DNA of 59,962 nt, filler included, from Catajapyx aquilonaris (lineage: Eukaryota), in the NCBI GenBank assembly GCA_000934665.2. It is 3 parts of 3 records of this genome, joined end to end, with 100 filler letters (N's around TTAATTAATTAA, not from the genome) between each part and the next. Parts side by side here need not be neighbours in the genome. Positions count along the whole stretch, not along the records: positions 40,054 to 59,962 come from JYFJ02006365.1; 2 more parts are not named here. One strand, 5' to 3'. Made by a program: the position numbers and the translations under genes. Positions 57,801-59,962 of this stretch are shown in pieces (position 1 is the first letter of the stretch; each line of letters begins with the position of its first letter). The notes beneath the pieces were generated by a model. It did not search any database and was not told where the DNA came from. It was given only the letters and a program-made list of their open reading frames with translations.

Positions 57801-59372
57801 CTTCCTTTTTGCTCAGGTGGAAGTGCTCTCTGGACCAAGGAAATCAAAACTGAAGGCTCGACAGAGGATGACGGACATGAGGGAACTTCACTCTGGAAGG
57901 GGCAGCGACTCTGACTTGGAAGACAGCGGGGAAGACTTAGTGGTGTCTGACCATGAGAGCGAGTCGTCTGAGGATGAGGTATGCATAACTCATTTTAGAA
58001 CTATAAAACTGTTTCAGGTAATGTTTCCCAAAATTCAATCGGCTTTAGGCCGTGAGTAACTTCCAGAAACCTCTTAGGCCCTGGGCACACTAGGCGGAAT
58101 TTCTGCGATGGAATTTCAGTCGCTGTTTGACTTTGCAACTTTTTTTTCACGCGTCGACCGTGCTGCCGCCTTGAGGTCCTTTAAGCTACCAACCCCCTGG
58201 TTTCCATGCCATCGAACCCGCTTTTTCCGTTGGTAGTGTGGCATTCCCCCAGCGGAATCAATGTGTTGTAGTGGGGTTATTGTCCCTGATGGAAAACTGA
58301 GCGATTTTTTTCCGCTGTGTTATGCGCTGGTGCTCAACAAACATTTGTGGGGGCGTATTAAGGTTTTTTAAATAAATAACGGACATTACTTTCTGAATAT
58401 GCTATAAGACACTCTGCACACTTGGAACACCCAGAATGTGATTGGCTTTAAACATCATTTTCTTTGCTTGAGATGTTTATGAATAGTGACAGTCAGTCTG
58501 CTCTGATCCACCGGCACATAATTATGTGCTCTGAACTTAACACCACGAGCATGTGATCGGAATAAATCAATATAATTTTCTACCAGTAGCAGCAAAATTA
58601 ATAGCATTTTTCTGCATCATACTTGCATTTCTGCAGACACATTGCCTTGCACTTTGACATAGGTTACAGAGACAGATAAGGATGCTGGAGCTCCAGAGGG
58701 GTAGATAAGGGAGGAGGGGGGGGGGAAAAAACCCCAGTAGATAAGCACGGAGGTACACACACACACCTGTGCAACCGGTTGCACCTCCACCAAGGATGCG
58801 ACAAAGTTTATTAACGCGATTGTACAGTTCAAATGAAGTGGCCAACATCTAAGCTCAGAATGATTGTTTTCCAACATGGTGTTGTCCTACATTGTGTGAA
58901 TGACACACTCTGTGATGATTGCAGGGTGGTGATCGGGGTCGGAGCTGCTTCAACTGCAACACATCCACCTCATCACGCTGGCAGCTTGTTAAGACGAATG
59001 AGTGGTTGTGCAACGCTTGTTCCCAGGAGGCAAGGCAGAAACCGTCCAGCTCACTTGTTCAATGGCATTTCCCAAAGTAGGGAGAGGAAGAAATCAACAT
59101 CGTCCCAGTCTGGACCCAAGGAAGCAAATCTGGAGTCTCCTTCTGTGGTAAGACCAGTGGATGTGAAAATGTAAATGTCTAAACTAAAGCGTTCACTTTT
59201 GCAGGTGGGGATGCCCGAAAGTGACAATCCAGCCAATGAGAATGCACAGCAGATGGAGGAAGTGGAGGAGCACGATGCTGTACACACCAAAGGCAATTGC
59301 AACAACAAGGATGTACCTGCTGACTGCGAGGCCAATTTCCCAGGAGACGAGGGATCCACGTCACTGCCTCTG
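54801..59372 (+). CDS. Multi-exon zinc-finger gene B, 5' part; predicted exons 54801-55082, 55147-55227, 56809-56895, 56995-57105, 57383-57544, 57817-57978, 58925-59147 (frameshifted GATA finger), 59205-59372
   Basis: Internal exons have AG/GT boundaries, and all exons except the GATA exon are a multiple of 3 and stop-free; exon 1 encodes the C2H2 finger CVYCLDATFRTRMQLLHHQFIH. Confidence 0.55.
55373..55840 (-). mobile_element. Tigger/pogo remnant in an intron
   Basis: TA|CAGTGAAACCTGTG terminus at 55373; minus-strand fragment KFSASNGWMESFRNRRRISWKTVRGD (CENP-B HTH). Confidence 0.7.
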
Positions 59373-59399
59373 GTAATAAGCTTTAGTTATGTCTCAGAT

Positions 59400-59661
59400 A
59401 CCGAAGCAGGTTGGTGTAGGGGATAAGGAGCCCACCTGCTAATCGGGAGGTCCTGGGTTCGAATCCCGGAGCCGGCGACCCTGACCATGGTTTACTGTTC
59501 TCTCCCCAGGTCTCCCCAGGAGAATTCCGGGGTCGTTTCCGTAAAAATAGGCCACAGCCGCTTGCTTCCTTCCCTATCCCTGGTCCCATCCAATGGTGGT
59601 AATCCACCTCCCTAAGGGAGCCAAAGGCTCTAGCACAGGGTATGAAAATAATAATAATAAC

Positions 59662-59723
<62 letters not shown>
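59400..59723 (+). mobile_element. Full-length SINE family B
   Basis: tRNA-like head; (AAT)n tail; TSD TTATGTCTCA(G/T)AT at 59387 and 59724. Confidence 0.88.
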
Positions 59724-59724
<1 letters not shown>

Positions 59725-59962
59725 TATGTCTCATATGATTCAAAATAGTTTAAGACAGACCAGCAATGAGGGAAGCTTTTTGATACCTTTCACCTTGGAT
59801 GCAGCAGAAACTATTTCCTTTACATAACATTGGTTTCATTTTTATGGAGGATTTTTAACCCTTTGATGGCGGAGTTTTTGAGGGATTGCATTACCCCAGG
59901 GCCTGAGTTTTTTTTCCCCTTTTCCGGAAATTTGATGACCTCACCGATTTTCTTCAAATTCG

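Overview
Repeat-rich eukaryotic DNA, most likely an arthropod (hexapod or crustacean); there are no prokaryotic features or CRISPR arrays. The window is three ~19.9-kb pieces joined by artificial 100-bp linkers (44N-TTAATTAATTAA-44N at 19916-20015 and 39954-40053), so adjacency across the linkers is not biological. Segment 1 (1-19915) is almost entirely nested transposons: a frameshifted Tc1/mariner element, a Helitron with a PIF1 remnant inside a foldback element, a Sola2-like long-TIR element, a truncated LINE, tRNA-derived SINEs and many MITEs. It also holds one orphan terminal exon. Segment 2 (20016-39953) carries a tandem array of three divergent ionotropic receptor (IR) genes with intronless coding sequences. 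Each has a TATA+Inr core promoter with identical spacing, the three are related in mosaic fashion, and the third has a premature stop 13 codons from the end. Segment 3 (40054-59962) has an apparently intact Tc4/Tc5-type transposon (CTNAG target) in a probable intron. It also has a zinc-finger gene cluster built from repeated phase-0 exons, including two duplicated 10-finger C2H2 exons that differ at DNA-contact positions and a frameshifted GATA-type finger exon absent from the ORF track. All calls are by eye; no searches were run.
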